The notes: generated from the sequence alone by a model not told the origin. 64,000 nucleotides of DNA from Mobula hypostoma (GCF_963921235.1 NC_086097.1:238888001-238952000), one strand, 5' to 3'; shown: positions 37,109 to 50,792, counted from the stretch's first letter. Numbers and translations are program-made.

Positions 37109-37799
37109 AAGAAGAAGAAGAAACAATAATAGTAAACAAATAAGCAATAAGTATTGAGAAAATGAGATGAGGAGTCCTTCAGAGTGAGTCCATTGGTTGT
37201 GGGACTGTTTCAGTGATGGGGCAAGTGAAGTTGACTGAAGCTGAGTGCAAGTCACCAGGATATTAGGGAAGACATCATCAGTTTTCAAGAGTGCAGGCAA
37301 ACTGATCTTGAACACTAAAAGTATCTTGCACAGCTACAATTAACTATTTTAATTAATTCCATTTTGTTTTCCTGGAGTACAATGTCACCTGAGTTCAAAA
37401 GCAGCTGGAACACAAGTGTCACCTTCTAAAACATCGTATGCCAACCATACCCAAGATGCTTTTGCTGGGACAATCTAAAATGATGCAGAAACATGTCTGC
37501 TAAGATTCAAACTTTTAAAAATAGTCAATCATAGCATGTCACAAGGTAAGGTAGCAGGCTGACAGTTCTGCATTAGGCTGCCAGCCAATTTCTATTTTAA
37601 AGGTCAAGCAGAAAAATCTATAACAATCAATAAATCTATAACAATGAGTGGTGAGAGTGTGGAACAAGCTGCCAGTGGAAGCGGTGCATGCAAATTCAAT
37701 TTCAACATTTAACAGAAAGTTGGATGGGTACATGGATGGAAGGAGTGCAGAGGGGTTTTGACTGTTGATGGACTAGGGCAGCATGGACTAGATTTACTT

Positions 37800-38482
37800 A
37801 TTTTATTTTTATTTATTGAGATAGCACAGAATAGGCCTTTCTGACCTATTGAGCCACGCTGCCCAGCAAACCCATGATTTAATCCGAGCCTCATCATGGG
37901 ACAATTTAGAATGACCAATGAACCTACCATTCGGTACATCTTTGGACTGAGAGGGGGAACTGGAATACTTGGAGGAAACCAACGTAATCACAAGGATCAC
38001 AAGGTGATTACAGGCAGCGGCCAGAATTGAGCCTTGTGTGGTAAACCATGTATATATGTTGTAACTCGGTTACCTGTCTGGACACACCCCTCTGCTGACT
38101 GCCCCTGTGGCTCCTCCCACAGAGTCCTGTATAAAGGTGTTCGCCTTGCCCCTCCCCCTCAGTCCAGGGGCAGACACTCACTGTGGAGGTCGTATTGTAC
38201 AGCGAATAAAATTGAAGCACCTTCAATTACTCCAAAAGACTGAGGTTTGGTAAAATACTGAAAGGCTTTTATTTGCTGTACAATACGACCTCCACAGTGA
38301 GTGTCTGCCCCCGGACTGAGGGGGAGGGGCAAGGCGAATCTGTGGGAGGAGCCACAGGGGCAGTCAGCAGAGGAGTGTGTCCAGACAGGCAACCGAGTTA
38401 CAACATATATACATGGTTTACCACACCTTGGTCGCTGGTACGGTAGAGCACTGTGCTAACCATTATGCCTCCATGCAGCCCT
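37800..38482 (-). mobile_element. V-SINE-like element split by the inverted-LTR element
   Basis: Reads gaattgagCCTTGgtcgctggtac...tgctaacca once 38037-38430 is removed. Confidence 0.7.
38037..38425. mobile_element. Palindromic (foldback) element of two inverted LTRs
   Basis: Forward arm 38037-38211 and reverse arm 38213-38425, both homologous to the solo LTR at 14269. Termini tgtggtaaa / tttaccaca; 5-bp TSD ccttg at 38032-38036 and 38426-38430. Confidence 0.88.
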
Positions 38483-38959
38483 TGCCTGAAGGAGCCTGTG
38501 CTAGCAGGTAGGTTAATTGGTGATTATAAATCGTCCCATGATTAGGCGAGAATTAAACCGGGGGTCAAAGGGCCAAAGGACCTATTCCGTGCTGTATCTC
38601 AAAAAATAAAATGTCTCTATCAATCCGGTATGATTATGCAAATTCTTCATTGTTACAATACATCCCAGCAGATTTCAGAAGAGGGATATCAAGCAATAAT
38701 AGCATCTCCAAAAGTCATCTTTGATTTGATTTCAGCCATAATGTGAGGAACTATCCATATTTTTAATTTTATTGATGCTGATTTGTCCAAGCTTCATAAG
38801 TTTATAATCATGGAAAAGAAGATAAAGCTTTGAAAGGACAAAGCAATGGTACATTCTGGAACTTGTGTGTTATTTGAAAATTTGAATTCAACTTTGTGGA
38901 AATTGGACAAGGCATTTCCTATTTAAAGAGGTGAGAATTTTTGAAAAGTACTTTGGGAC

Positions 38960-39815
38960 AGTCATAGAATCATAGAGATGTACAGCACAGAAACAGCCCC
39001 TTTGGCCCATCTAGTCCATGTTGAAACTATTTTAACTGACTACTCCCATTGACCTGCTCCGCTACTATAGCCCTCCATATCCCTACTATCCATGAACCTA
39101 TCCAAACTTCTTTTAGTGTCAAAATCAAACTTACATGGATCACTTGTGTTGACAGCTCATTCCACACTCTTGTGACCCTCTGAATGAAGAAGTTTCCCCT
39201 TATGTTACCCTTAAACTTCTCACCTTTTACCCTTAAGCCATGACCTCTGGTTGTAGTCCCACCCAACCTCAGTGGAAAAAAAACCTGCTTACATTTATCC
39301 TATCTATACCTCTCTATCAAATCTCCTCTCAGTCTTCCACATTCTAAAGAATAAACTCCTAACTTATTCAATATTTTCTTATAACTCAGGTCCTCCAGAC
39401 CCAGCAACATCCTTGTAAACTTTTTCTGCACTCTTTCAAACTTATTTACATCTTTCCTGTAGTTAGGTGACCAAAACTGCACACATTACTCCAGATTAGA
39501 CCTCAGCAACATCTTATGCAACTTCAACATAATATCCCATCTCCTGTACTCAACACATTGACTTAAGAAGGCCGATGTGCCAAATGCTTTCTTTATGACT
39601 CTATCTACCTGTGACACCACTTTCAACGAATTATATACCAATATTACCAAATCCTTTTGTTCTACTTCATTCCTCAAGGACCTGCCATTCACTGTGTAAA
39701 ACTTACGCCGGTTGGTCCTACCAAAGAGCAAAACCTCGCACTAGTCTGCATTAAATTGCATCTGCCATTTTTCCAACTGATGTCATGATAACTTTCTTCA
39801 CTGTCCACTACACCC
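38960..39815 (-). mobile_element. CR1 3' part, decayed
   Basis: QFWSPNYRKD and FFIQRV..VWNEL motifs; (ctatgact) tail. Confidence 0.85.
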
Positions 39816-40199
39816 TTGTATTTCATATCATATTTCACCTTCATATTTCAGACATTATATTTCTGCAAAAAAACACTGTGCATATGCAAAATTCTTTCCT
39901 TTAAAGGAAATTCATTCCTGAAAATCGCTTGGCAGATTGTTTTCAGCTGATAAATGCTTTTCAAGTTGATTTTAATGTATTAACACTTTTTATTTAAAAG
40001 CTATTGAGTATTTTTGGCCATTTTGATCGTAAATAGAATCCAAAGGATCTGAGCAATCATGAAAATCCTATTGGCTCTGTGAACAAATCCAACAGTTTAC
40101 GTTAAGCACTAAATAATGCTTGCTATTTAATTTCATCTCCTAGAATGGCAAAAACATTTACGAGCACTTTTGGTGGAAAGAAAAGTCTTATTCAACCAG

Positions 40200-41435
40200 A
40201 TCATCCAGTATTCAGGACATCTTCAAAAGGGGATTCCTCAAAAACGTGGTTTCGATAATTAAGAACCCCCACTACCCAGCACATGTCCTCTTCTTATTAC
40301 TACCCTCCGAGAGAAGTTACAGGAGCCTGAAGACACACACTCAATATTTTAGGAACAGCTTCTTTCCCTCTGCCATCAGATTTCTGAATGGACAAAGAAC
40401 CCATGTACACTACTTCACTATTATTACTCTTTTTTGCATTATTTATTTAACTTTAAGTATTTATTCATTACAACGTATGATGTATTTTATGTATTGCACT
40501 GTGCTGCAGCTGTGAAACAACAAATTTCATGACATGGAAAAGCATTATCAAGGATGCATCTCACCCTAACCATGGACTTTTTACTCTCCTCCCATCCGGT
40601 AGGCGCTACAGGAGCCTCCGCTCCCACACCAGTGGGCACAGGAAGAGCTTCTTCCCCGAGGCTGCGACCCTGCTGAACCTCACATCACAGAACAAAGCAG
40701 TATCGCACCCATATTGTACTGTCTCAGTACTTCTACATTTGTGTGCTGTAGCACTTACTTTTTATTCGCAGTTATTTTGTAAATAACACTATTCTTTGCA
40801 TTTCTGGTTAGACGCTAACTGCATTTCATTGGCTTTGTATCTGTACTCGGCACAACGGCAATAAATAGACAGTAGACAATAGGTGCAGGAGTCGGCCATT
40901 CGGCCCTTCGAGCCAGCACCGCCATTCACTGTGATCATGGCTGATCATCCACAATCAGTATCCAGTTCCTGCCTTATCCCCATAACCTTTGATTCTGCTT
41001 TCTTTAAGAGCTCTATCCATCTCTTTCTTGAAAGCATCCAGAGACTTGGCCTCCACAGCCTTCTGGGGCAGAGCATCCCATACATCCACCACTCTCTGGG
41101 TGAAAAAGTTTTTCCTCAACTCCGTTCTAAATGGCCTACCCCTTATTCTTAAACTGTGGGCTCTGGTTCTGGACTCACCCATCAGCGGGAACGTGCTTCC
41201 TGCCTCCAGCGAGTCCAATCCCTTAATAATCTTATATGTTTCAATAAGATCCCCTCTCAGCCTTCTAAATTCCAGTGTATACAAGCCCAGTCACTTCAGT
41301 CTCTCAACATATGACAGTCCCGCCATCCCGGGAATTAACCTTGTGAACCTACGCTGCACTCCAAGTGCACAACAAGTTGAATCTAATCTAATCTAATCTA
41401 ATCTAATCTAATATGTCAATGATAATAACCCCATT
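40200..41435 (+). mobile_element. Triple nest: Rex1-like A (40200-40535, resumes ~41412), Rex1-like B (40536-40866, resumes ~41375), minus-strand CR1 (40867-41362)
   Basis: Two distinct IIK..HP.H.LF.LLPS.R.YRS ORFs; CR1 ORF 40955-41284; the interrupted tails resume colinearly. Confidence 0.75.
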
Positions 41436-41492
41436 CTGAGCTATTCTCAACAACACTGCAAAACCATGGCTGAATGTTGATAATAAAAAGTA

Positions 41493-42280
41493 CACTCAGT
41501 GGATACTTTATTAGGTGCAGGCATGGAACTGGTGGAGACTTCTGCTGCTGTAGCCTATCCATTTCAAGATTTACTGCGCTGTGCCTTCTGAGATGCTCTC
41601 CTGTACACCACTTTTGAAACATAAGTTACTGTTACCTTTCTGTCAGCTTGAAACAATCTGCCCATTCTCCTCTGACCTCCCTCATTGACAAGATATTTTT
41701 GCCCACAGAGCTGCAGCTCACTAAATGTTTTTTTCTGTTTTACTCAACATCTTTCTCAGCTTCTTTCCAACTGTGATAAGACTGCTGGCCGGATCTTGTC
41801 CCGGATCTGCGCCATATCATCCAATTATCCGGACCTGCCTCTCGGTTTTTTTTTGCACTACCTTACTTTCCCTTTTCTATTTTCTATTTATGATTTATAA
41901 TTTAAAGTTTTAATACTTACTATCGATTTGTACTCCAGGGAACACAAAAAATATCACCATGATGATTGTACGCTCTAGTATCAGTTGTTTGGCGACAATG
42001 AAGTATAAAGTATAAAGTATCCTCTGTAAACTCTAGAGACTGCTGTGCTTGAAAATTCAAGGAGATCAGCAGTCTTTAAACCACCCCGTCTGGCAAAAAT
42101 AATCATTCCACAGCCAAAGTCACTTAGATCATATTTCTTCCCCATTGTGATGTTTGGTCTTGAAGCATTTGACCATGACTACATGCTTTTATGCATTGAG
42201 TTGCTGCCACGTGATTGGCTGAGTAGATATTTATATTAATAAGCGTGTGTTCAAGTGTACCTAATAAAGTAGCCATTGGC
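41493..42280 (-). mobile_element. Non-autonomous Tc1-like DNA transposon with a Rex1-like 3' end inserted at ~41751-42019
   Basis: TIRs cactcagtggatactttattaggtgca / tgtacctaataaagtagccattg with a preceding TA. Minus-strand N-terminal HTH remnant MGKKYDLSDF..GMI..ARR.G...TADLLEFSSTAVSRVYR at ~42022-42147. Confidence 0.8.
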
Positions 42281-43941
42281 ATATTATCAGTGTAAATTAA
42301 CACAGCAAACAAAAACTCCATGTACTAAATTAATTAATTCAGCCACATGGGGAGTGAAGTGAATGTCATGCAAGCTAAGATTAGGCAGGTTGATATTCAT
42401 AATGGCACATAAAGGTTATTTTCTCCTGAACCCCTTCCCTTGCAATGGATCAAACAAAGTGTTGTGAGGTACCTCATCACAGACTTCACAATCTATAATC
42501 TAATTTGCTTACTGAAGCAGAACCTTGTAGCAGAAAATTACTACTATGCTGCATTGACGCCCAGTGTCCAGCAGGATTCCACATCAAAACACTATCCTAA
42601 ATTTAATTTGCAATAGCGGGACTGGTGCACACAATGCTAATTCACATTGGCATGGAAAAAACACTGCTCAAACTAATTTGTGTATCTAGCACTGTTTCTT
42701 CAATAAGCACGCAAATTCAGAAGTTGTCACTACACCACCGGCTGATTGGTTCAGCTAATTGGTCATTGTAAATTGTACCATGGTTAGGCTCGGATTATAT
42801 CGGGGGTTACTGGGTGGCAAGGCTTGAAGGGGCTACTCAATGTTCTATCTATATAAAGAAATAACTACTACACACAAAGGCAGACACACGGCCAATGACC
42901 AAAAGACAACAAATCGTGCAAATACATTAAAAATAATAGTAATGAATAATTAGGCAATAAATAACATGGAGAACATGAGCTGGAAAATCGGTGAAAGTGA
43001 ATCCATTGGTTATGGGATCAGTTCAGTGTTTGGGTGAGTGAAATTATCTAAGATAACTCTAGCCAAGATTCTCATTTGAGATCTTATCAGTCGCTAGTCT
43101 CGTTAATTATCTCTTGAAGATTCATTCAATGAATCTTATTTTGGCTCTATCCGCGTGTCAACTGAAAATAAAGGCTGTTTTTTTTTTGAGTTCCTTTCAG
43201 ATGGGAAACTGGGAACTGGAGCCCATCAGAATCTGAGGCTTGGGAGATCCAACAACATATCATGTTGGATCCCGTAGGCAATTTTGCCCCTTATCTCACA
43301 TAAAGTTCAAAGTGAAAATCAAAGAAAATGTATTATCTGGATGGTCGGGGTCCTTGGTGGTATATGCTGCCAGCATGATCAAAGACCCTCACCCAGCCCG
43401 GACATTTTTCTTCACCTCTCTCCCATCGGTCAGAAGATACAAAAAACTGACAAGGACAGACCACCAGGCGAAAGGACAACTTCTATTCCACTGTTATCAG
43501 ACTCTTGAAAGGAATTCTTGTACAATAAGATGGACTCTTGGCCTCACAATCTACCTTGTAACGGCCTTGAACTTTGTTTTACCTGCACTGCACTCATTTG
43601 GTAGCTTTTATAAACATAAGATCAAAATCCAGATCAACATACAAAAACGCTGGAGGAACTCAGCAAGACAGGCAGTATTGATGATGTATACATAAGTAGT
43701 AAATACTAAGTTTCTCCAGCAAGTTACTTTGGTAGCAACTTTTTTCTGGATTGTCATTATGTTACCTAATTCGAGCTCAATGCATTGTGTATGCAATAAG
43801 CTGACCTGCACAAACAATATTCAAGACAAGCTTGTACATGTTCTCATTATTTATTATTATTTACTTATATTTATACTTGCATAGTTTGTTGTCTTCTGCA
43901 CTCTAGTTGATCTTTCATTGATACTATTATAGTTACTATTA

Positions 43942-45335
43942 GACCATAAGACATAGGAGGAGAATCAGGCCATTCAGCCCATTGAGTCTGCTCCACAATT
44001 CCATCATGGCTGACTCCGGATCCTATTCAACCCCATACATCTGCTTTCTCGCCATATCACTTGATGCCCCGACCAATCTGGAAACTATCGACTTCCATCT
44101 TAAATATATGCACAGTCTTGGCCTCCACTGCAGTCTGTGGCAGAGCATTCCACAGATTCACTACTCTCTGGCTTAAAAAAATTCTCTTTACGTCTGTTCT
44201 AAAAGATTGCCCGTCAACTTTGAGGCTGTGCCCTCCAGTTCTGGATACCTCCACCAGAGGCAACAACCTCTCCACGTCCATCCTCTTTAGTGCTTTCAAC
44301 ATTTGGTAGGTTTCAATGAGATCCCCATGCATACATCTAAATTCCAGTGAGAACAGGCCTGGAATAATCCTCGTGAATTTCCTCTCTCCAATGATACCAC
44401 ATCCTTTCTGAGGTATGGGGCCCAAAACTGTTCACAATACTCCAAGTGTGGCCTGACTATTGTCGTATAAAGCCTCAGCATTATCTCCTTGCCTTTATAC
44501 TCTACTCCCCTTGAAATTAATGCCCATTGCATTTATTAAACAGACTCAACCTTCTCCCCATTTAGATAATAGTCTGCACCAATGTTCCTTTTAACAAAAA
44601 TCATTATCATACATTTCCCAACACTGTCATCCATCTGCCACTTTTTTGCCCATTCCTCCAATTTGTCTAAGTCCTGCTGTAATTGCTTTGCTTCCTCAGC
44701 TCTACCTACCCCTCCACCCATCTTTATATCATCCACAAACTGTGCCACAAAGCCATCAATTCCATGATCCAAATCACTGACAAACAATGTGAAAGGTAGT
44801 GGCCCCAATATTGACCTTCCAAGGAAAAACACTAGTCATTAGCAGTCATCCAGAAAAGGCCCCCTTTATTCTTACTCGCGGCCTCCTGCCTGTCAGCTAT
44901 TCCTCTATCCATGCCAATATATTTCCTGTAACGCCATAGTATTTTATCTTGTTAAGCAGCCTCATGTGTGGCATCTTTTCAACTACCTTCTGAAAGTCCA
45001 GGTAAAGGACATCCACTGCTTCTCCTTTTTTCCGCCCTGCTTGTTACTTCCTCAAAGAACTTTAACAGATTTGTCAGACACAACTTACCTTCACAAAAAT
45101 CATACTGACTTTGACCTATTTTATCTTTAGTCTCCAAGTATCCTGAAATGTCATCCTTAATAATATACTGCAATATTATCCCAACCACTGAGATTAGGTT
45201 AACTGGCCTTTTCTTTTGCCTTCCTCCCTTCTTAAAGAGTAGAGGGACATTTGCAATCTTCCAGTCCTCTGGGACCTTGGCAGAATCAAGTTATTTTGAA
45301 AGATCATGACCAATGCATCTGTTATCTCTTCAGCA
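43942..45335 (-). mobile_element. Decayed CR1 (RT to 3' end) inserted in a Rex1-like tail
   Basis: CLTNLLKFFEEVT, SILGPL.F, FVDD and RPHLEYCEQFWAP motifs; (cttatggt) tail. Confidence 0.85.
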
Positions 45336-48300
45336 TATTCTATGTATTGATTGAGTATTCCCGGAAGAAAATAAATCTCAGAGTTGTATATGGTGACATA
45401 TGTGTACTTTGATAATAAAATTTACTTTGAACATGTGACAATAATAGAACAACACCAATACCACTAACTCTGCATCACTGTCCATAGATGCAGCCTGAGC
45501 TACTGAATATTTTCAGCAATTTCTGTTTTTATTTTAGATTTCCAGCATCTGCTATTTTTGTATTGATTTCATGTACTGAGGGAAAATAAGGTTGGACTCA
45601 CAAAAGCAAAAAAATGTCTCATTAATCCCAAAATGCTTTATTCCCTCTGATTTTGTGCAAATGATGCGACCAAGATGGCTCCCATACGTAGGAGATTTAA
45701 CTGGGTTAATGGATTGGTGATAAGTTCACTGAAATGGACAGTTAATGATGATGATGACACTGTGATGCCCAGGTGCAGCAGCAGAAAGACGAAGGTGTAT
45801 GATTAACATGTTCTCCTTACCAAATCCCCAGTCTTATTAGACAATGTGGTAAAGCAATTCCCACAATTGCAGATGAAGAAATATCTTCATGACAAATGGT
45901 ATCACTGCTCACAAGATTATTACTGGAAAGAGAGCTTGTCCTGTGAGAAGAAATTAAGTAAATCTCACCTCTGCCCACTGGGATGTAAAGGAACGAGGAG
46001 AAATCTTATAGAGACAATAAGGTTCTGCGAGGACAGGGTCTTAATACAGATTTAAGAAGCCACAGTAGATCTGTGTGGCAGGGGTTTAGTTTTAGGGTAA
46101 TGATTGCTATTCGCTGATTCAGTGAAGCAGTCAACATAATCAAAGACGCCACACACCTCAAAGATTCCCTCTTCTCCCCCTCTCATCAGGCAGAAGATAC
46201 AAGAAGCTCGAAAGCACGTGCCACCAAGTTTAAGGATGGCTTCTAATCCACTATTATCAGACTCTTGAATTGACCTCTTGTACGATAAGATCAACTCTTG
46301 ACCTCTTGATCTATCTGGTTATGATATTGCAGTTTATTGTTTAGTTGCACTGCACTTTCTCTGTAGCTTTCTACACTTTGTTCTACATTGTTGTTGTTTT
46401 ACCTTGATCTACCTTAATGCACTGTGTAATGATTTGATGTGTATGAAGAGTATATGAAGAAAATCTTTTCACTGTATCTTGGTGCATGTGACAGTAATAA
46501 ACCAATACCAATGCCAGTACCAGTATTGTACAAAACTGATTTGATCTACTCAGATATGTCAAATCATCTTTTAGTTGCCCTATCTTAAAGGTAAAAGCAC
46601 AGAGCGCAGATTTTCATTGTCTTGAGTGTAATTGAAGGCTGTTGAGCTTGGGAAATATAACAAGCTAATTCCACAAAATACCTGAATGTCAGTTTCAACA
46701 GAGGGAAAACCAGCTGAAGAGCCATCTGTGCCCAAAATCCCGTTATTCTTTAGAGATCATTTTTGTTTCGTATTGTTACTGCTTTTGTCGTTCTCTGCTT
46801 CTTCATTCTCCATGTAGTTTTCTGGATGGAGAAACTTGCCTTGTCAAACTCAGCAGAAGTACTCAAGCATCCTTGCTGGTGGCTTAGTACTATTAATAAT
46901 CCCCTTTCTTTCACAGGGACTTTACGTAACATTTTCTTCTTCAACCAGCAGGAGCTTCCTTTGACTCATCCGTATTTGCATTTGATGTTTGAATAATCAT
47001 GATAATGAGGTAAAGTGTGGTAAAGTGCCATTGACATTTAGTACTTTGGTGAACTCCTGGGGCATGATTAAATAATTGGAGCAATTGCACATCAGAACAT
47101 GGATCTGGTGTCTATCTCTCTTTTGTTCTTTTGATGCTGAGGAATCAAGCATGTGGCCTTATTTTTCAGATCATTTTCCAGTGCATTATATCGCACTTGT
47201 GTCCTAATTGAAAGTAGACATCACCAGAGTTCTACAGTAGTCATATGGCGTGCTGCGGGAGTGCTCAGAGCGGCATAGAGACAGTTGAAATCAAGTTCAA
47301 AGTCCAAAATACATTTATTACCAAAGTATGTATGCAGTATACAACCCTGAGATTGGTCCTCCCACAAACTGCCTTGAAACAAAGAAACACATTCAAAGAA
47401 AACGTCAAATGTCCAATGCCTAAAAAAAGAACAAACTGGGCAAGCAGAAAAACAAAAGAGTGAGAAACACAGAAAATAAAAAAAAAACAACAAACTACAG
47501 ATCAGTTCAGTTCAATCGAGCACTGTGTTGTTCATTACCTGCAGGCCACAGAGGTAGTCTGGCCTGATCAAACTCATACAAAATAGCAATGAAGACCAGA
47601 AACCAAAAGCACAGATAACAAGAAATCCAGAGTTCAAGTGCCTGTGCGCTCACTTATTCAGCACTAAATCTGCCTTTGCTCACTTCTAGCCAGCCAAGGT
47701 TAGAAAGAGACATTATAGAGTGGATAGCCAGAGACATTTTCCAAGGGCGGAAATGGCTCGTATGAGGGGAGCATATTTTTAGGGTTATTGGAGGTAAGTA
47801 TAGGGAGGTGTTAGATATTTTAAAACAGAGAGTAGTGGGTGTGAGGAACTACTGCCAGGGTGGTCAAGGCAGATACTGTACACTCGGGACATTTAAGAGA
47901 CGCTTAGACAGGTACATTATGCTAAAGAAATGGCAGATTTGCCACCTGATGAACCACAAAGTGCAGAGAGGAATTGAATTGAAGACAGGTACATAGATGA
48001 TAGAAACATGGAGGGTTATATTGATCTTGGAATAGGTTAACTGGTCAACACAACATCATGGGCCGCAGGGCTTGTCCTGTGTGCTGTAATATTCTATGTT
48101 CTGTGTTCAAAAACCTGCTTTCTGTATCAGAACTGAAATTTAGCACAGTTCTGCCGATGCCCACCTGATTTATGCATGCACACATCATGGATATTTATGC
48201 TAGGGGGTCTCCGTTGATTCAAGCTGCTGGACATAGGCTCTATATGGACCTCTTTCTTTGCAAACAGCATCAAACAGCTTTAACAGGGCTTTTTGTGACT

Positions 48301-48519
48301 GTGTTGCCAACATGGATTCCCATTAAGCACATTCTGTTGATTTCTGCTCTGCTGTATTTGATAGGTTCAGATGCCAAATCTGGGAGAGTTGTGATTTTGC
48401 CATTTAAGTAAAAAGAAAGCAGACAGAATCATGTCAACTGAGCAGAAGACTCTCAGTTTTTGTGTGTAGTTTTCATTGATTCTATTGAATTTCTTTGTCC
48501 TACTGTGAATGACTGCAAT

Positions 48520-49050
48520 CATTGTCTGATATGGAGGGGCTACTGCACAGGACCAAAAGAAGCTGCAGAAGGTTGTAAACTAGTCAGCTCCATCTTGGGC
48601 ACAAGCCTACAAAGTATCCAGGACATCTTTAGGAAGCAGTGTCTCAGAAAGGCAGTGTCCATTATTAAGGACCTCCAGAACCCGGGGCATGCCCTTTTCT
48701 CACTGTTACCATCAGGTAGGAGGTACAGAAGCCTGAAGGAACACACTCAGCGATTCAGGAACAGTTTCTTCCCCTCTGCCATCCAATTCCTAAATGGACA
48801 ATGAAGCTTTGGACACCACCTCACTTTTTTTTAATATACAGCATTTCTGTTTTTTGCACATTTTTGCACAGGACATTTTTAAAAATTGATTCAATATACA
48901 TGTTTGATTTACTTGTTTATTTATTATTATGTTTTATTTTATTTATTTTTTTTCTCTCTCTGTTAGATTGTGTATTGCATTGAACTGCTGCTGCTAAGTT
49001 AACAAATTTCACGTCACATGCCGGTGATAATAAACCTGATTCCGATTCTG
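48520..49050 (+). mobile_element. Rex1/Babar-like 3' end
   Basis: CLRKAVSIIKDLQNPGHALFSLLPSGRRYRSLK...FRNSFFPSAI. Confidence 0.8.
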
Positions 49051-49689
49051 GTGACATATACGGATCTTGCTAATAAATTTATTTTGAACTTTCAACTTTG
49101 AATAGATGCCCATCAAATTCATCCTGGCTTCTTTACTCCATGTTTCTCTCCGCCGCCATCTTGGCTAACTTTTTGAACAATCGTTTGGTGATTAGTTCCA
49201 GAATATTCTATGAAGCACAAGCAATTATAGAGAACTATTCTACAATTTCTCGTGCTTTCCTGTACTTAGTGCATGCCGTTAATGTGTTGATCTAGAACCC
49301 CCAGGTCTGTGGGTCCTGGGATCGGATGTCCATGCAAGCAGGAGGCATGAGAGCTCGAGACAACTATGACACAAGTTGGCGAGTCCTGAGTCCTGGATCC
49401 TGTCATCGAATGGACCTAGGGAAAATACTGAAGATTGAAGCCTGAAGGTGGATCAGAAGTCCAGAAGCTAAAGCCCTGGGTCTATGATTCTAAGAGACTA
49501 TTGGGAAGTTGGAGGCTGTTTTTCTGTGAGTCCACTGTCCACTGGAGGCTGGTGGCGCAGAAGTCTGTCCTAGGATTGGTAGTCTGTCGGTGTGTATGAT
49601 GTGGATGGGTGGTAGGGAGGAAAGGGGCTTGTTTTATTGTTGTTTATGTTGCTTGTTGTGTCCCTTTATTGTTGCTTAGCATTATTTTT

Positions 49690-49890
49690 GTTCCTCTCCA
49701 CGGTTTGTGACACAATGGATGGCAACCTTGCTGTTTCATTAGCATTTGTCTGCTTTTTGCAAGGCTAAGTTGCTCGCTCGACACTCAACCCAACAGGGAT
49801 GGAAAGTGTACTAGGAGCCGGCCAGATTCGATCCCTAGACCACTCGCCTCGAAGATCGGTGCAGATGCCATTACACCACCAACCAGATTC
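49690..49890 (-). mobile_element. tRNA-derived SINE related to 10446-10662, inside a non-autonomous LINE-tail element (~49300-50060)
   Basis: Minus strand ggtggtgtaatggcatctgcacc...gatcgaatctggccggctcc...ctttccatc matches the head of the 10446 SINE. Confidence 0.7.
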
Positions 49891-50120
49891 TGCTGAACAT
49901 TGAGACATGCTATTGTGATGGGAGAATGCATGGTGATGCTTGCTGGCTGCCCCCAGCACATCCTCAGGTTGTGTTGGTTGTTAATGAAAATGATGCATTT
50001 TACTGTATGTTTCGATGTACATGCGGTAATTAAATGGATCTGAATCTGAATTTGAATCAGAGTCAGAATGTTTTATTTCCTCCTCCCTTTACTTGTTTCT
50101 TGATTAGATAAAATATAATT

Positions 50121-50792
50121 TAGATGGCAGTGCGACGCAGCTCGCAGCGGCCACTCCGGTGGTGATGTCTGTTAATTGTCAAGTAGGGTGCCATGCACAA
50201 TCCTGATTTGATGGAGACGGACGTGAGAACAGGGAGGAACATCTGGAGAAACTTCTGAAATGCCTGCTTCGCTGCTGCTGCTACTGTGTGGTCCAGAATC
50301 TCCGGAGGAGAAGGCCCCGAGTCCTCGGCTTTGCTTGTTGCTCGGCGGCCGGGGTGGAGTCGAAGTGCTCGGCAGAGGATGGTGCTCAGAGAGGCTGTAT
50401 TGGAGGGGCTGGTCAGAGGCTCGAAGTTTTCGGATGGACTCAGAGACGGCTGCGGTTGGGTGCTTCCAATGCATCGGCAGGTTGTCGGCGCTTGGAGGTT
50501 CATGGCAGGGAGAGTTTCTCCCTTCTGCGGCCTACGTTAGATGATGAGGCGATTGGGACTTTGAGGCTTTCTTTTTACCGTGCCCATGGTCTGCCCTTTA
50601 TCAAATTATGGTATTGCTTTGCGCTGTTGTAACTATATGTTATAACTATGTAGTTATGTCAGTTTTAGTTGTGGTTTGTCCTGTTTTTTTTGTGATATCA
50701 TTCTGGAGGAACTTTGTATCATTTTTTAATGCATGCAATTCTAAATGACAATAAACGAGGACTGAGTGTCCTCACAATCTAATCTAATCTAA
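50121..50792 (+). mobile_element. Young GC-rich non-autonomous LINE-derived element (Rex1/Babar-type ends)
   Basis: 5' agatggc start, CpG-rich body without a domain, AATAAA plus (aatct)n tail like that at 41380. Confidence 0.55.

Noticed and set aside
38037..38425. Ordinary DNA-transposon MITE or DIRS element
   Set aside because: The arms match a TG...CA solo LTR with its own 5-bp TSD at 14269, and DIRS elements typically make no TSD.
46750..46996. Overlapping ORFs in unique sequence as an exon or pseudogene
   Set aside because: No recognisable protein motif and no convincing splice-site pair.
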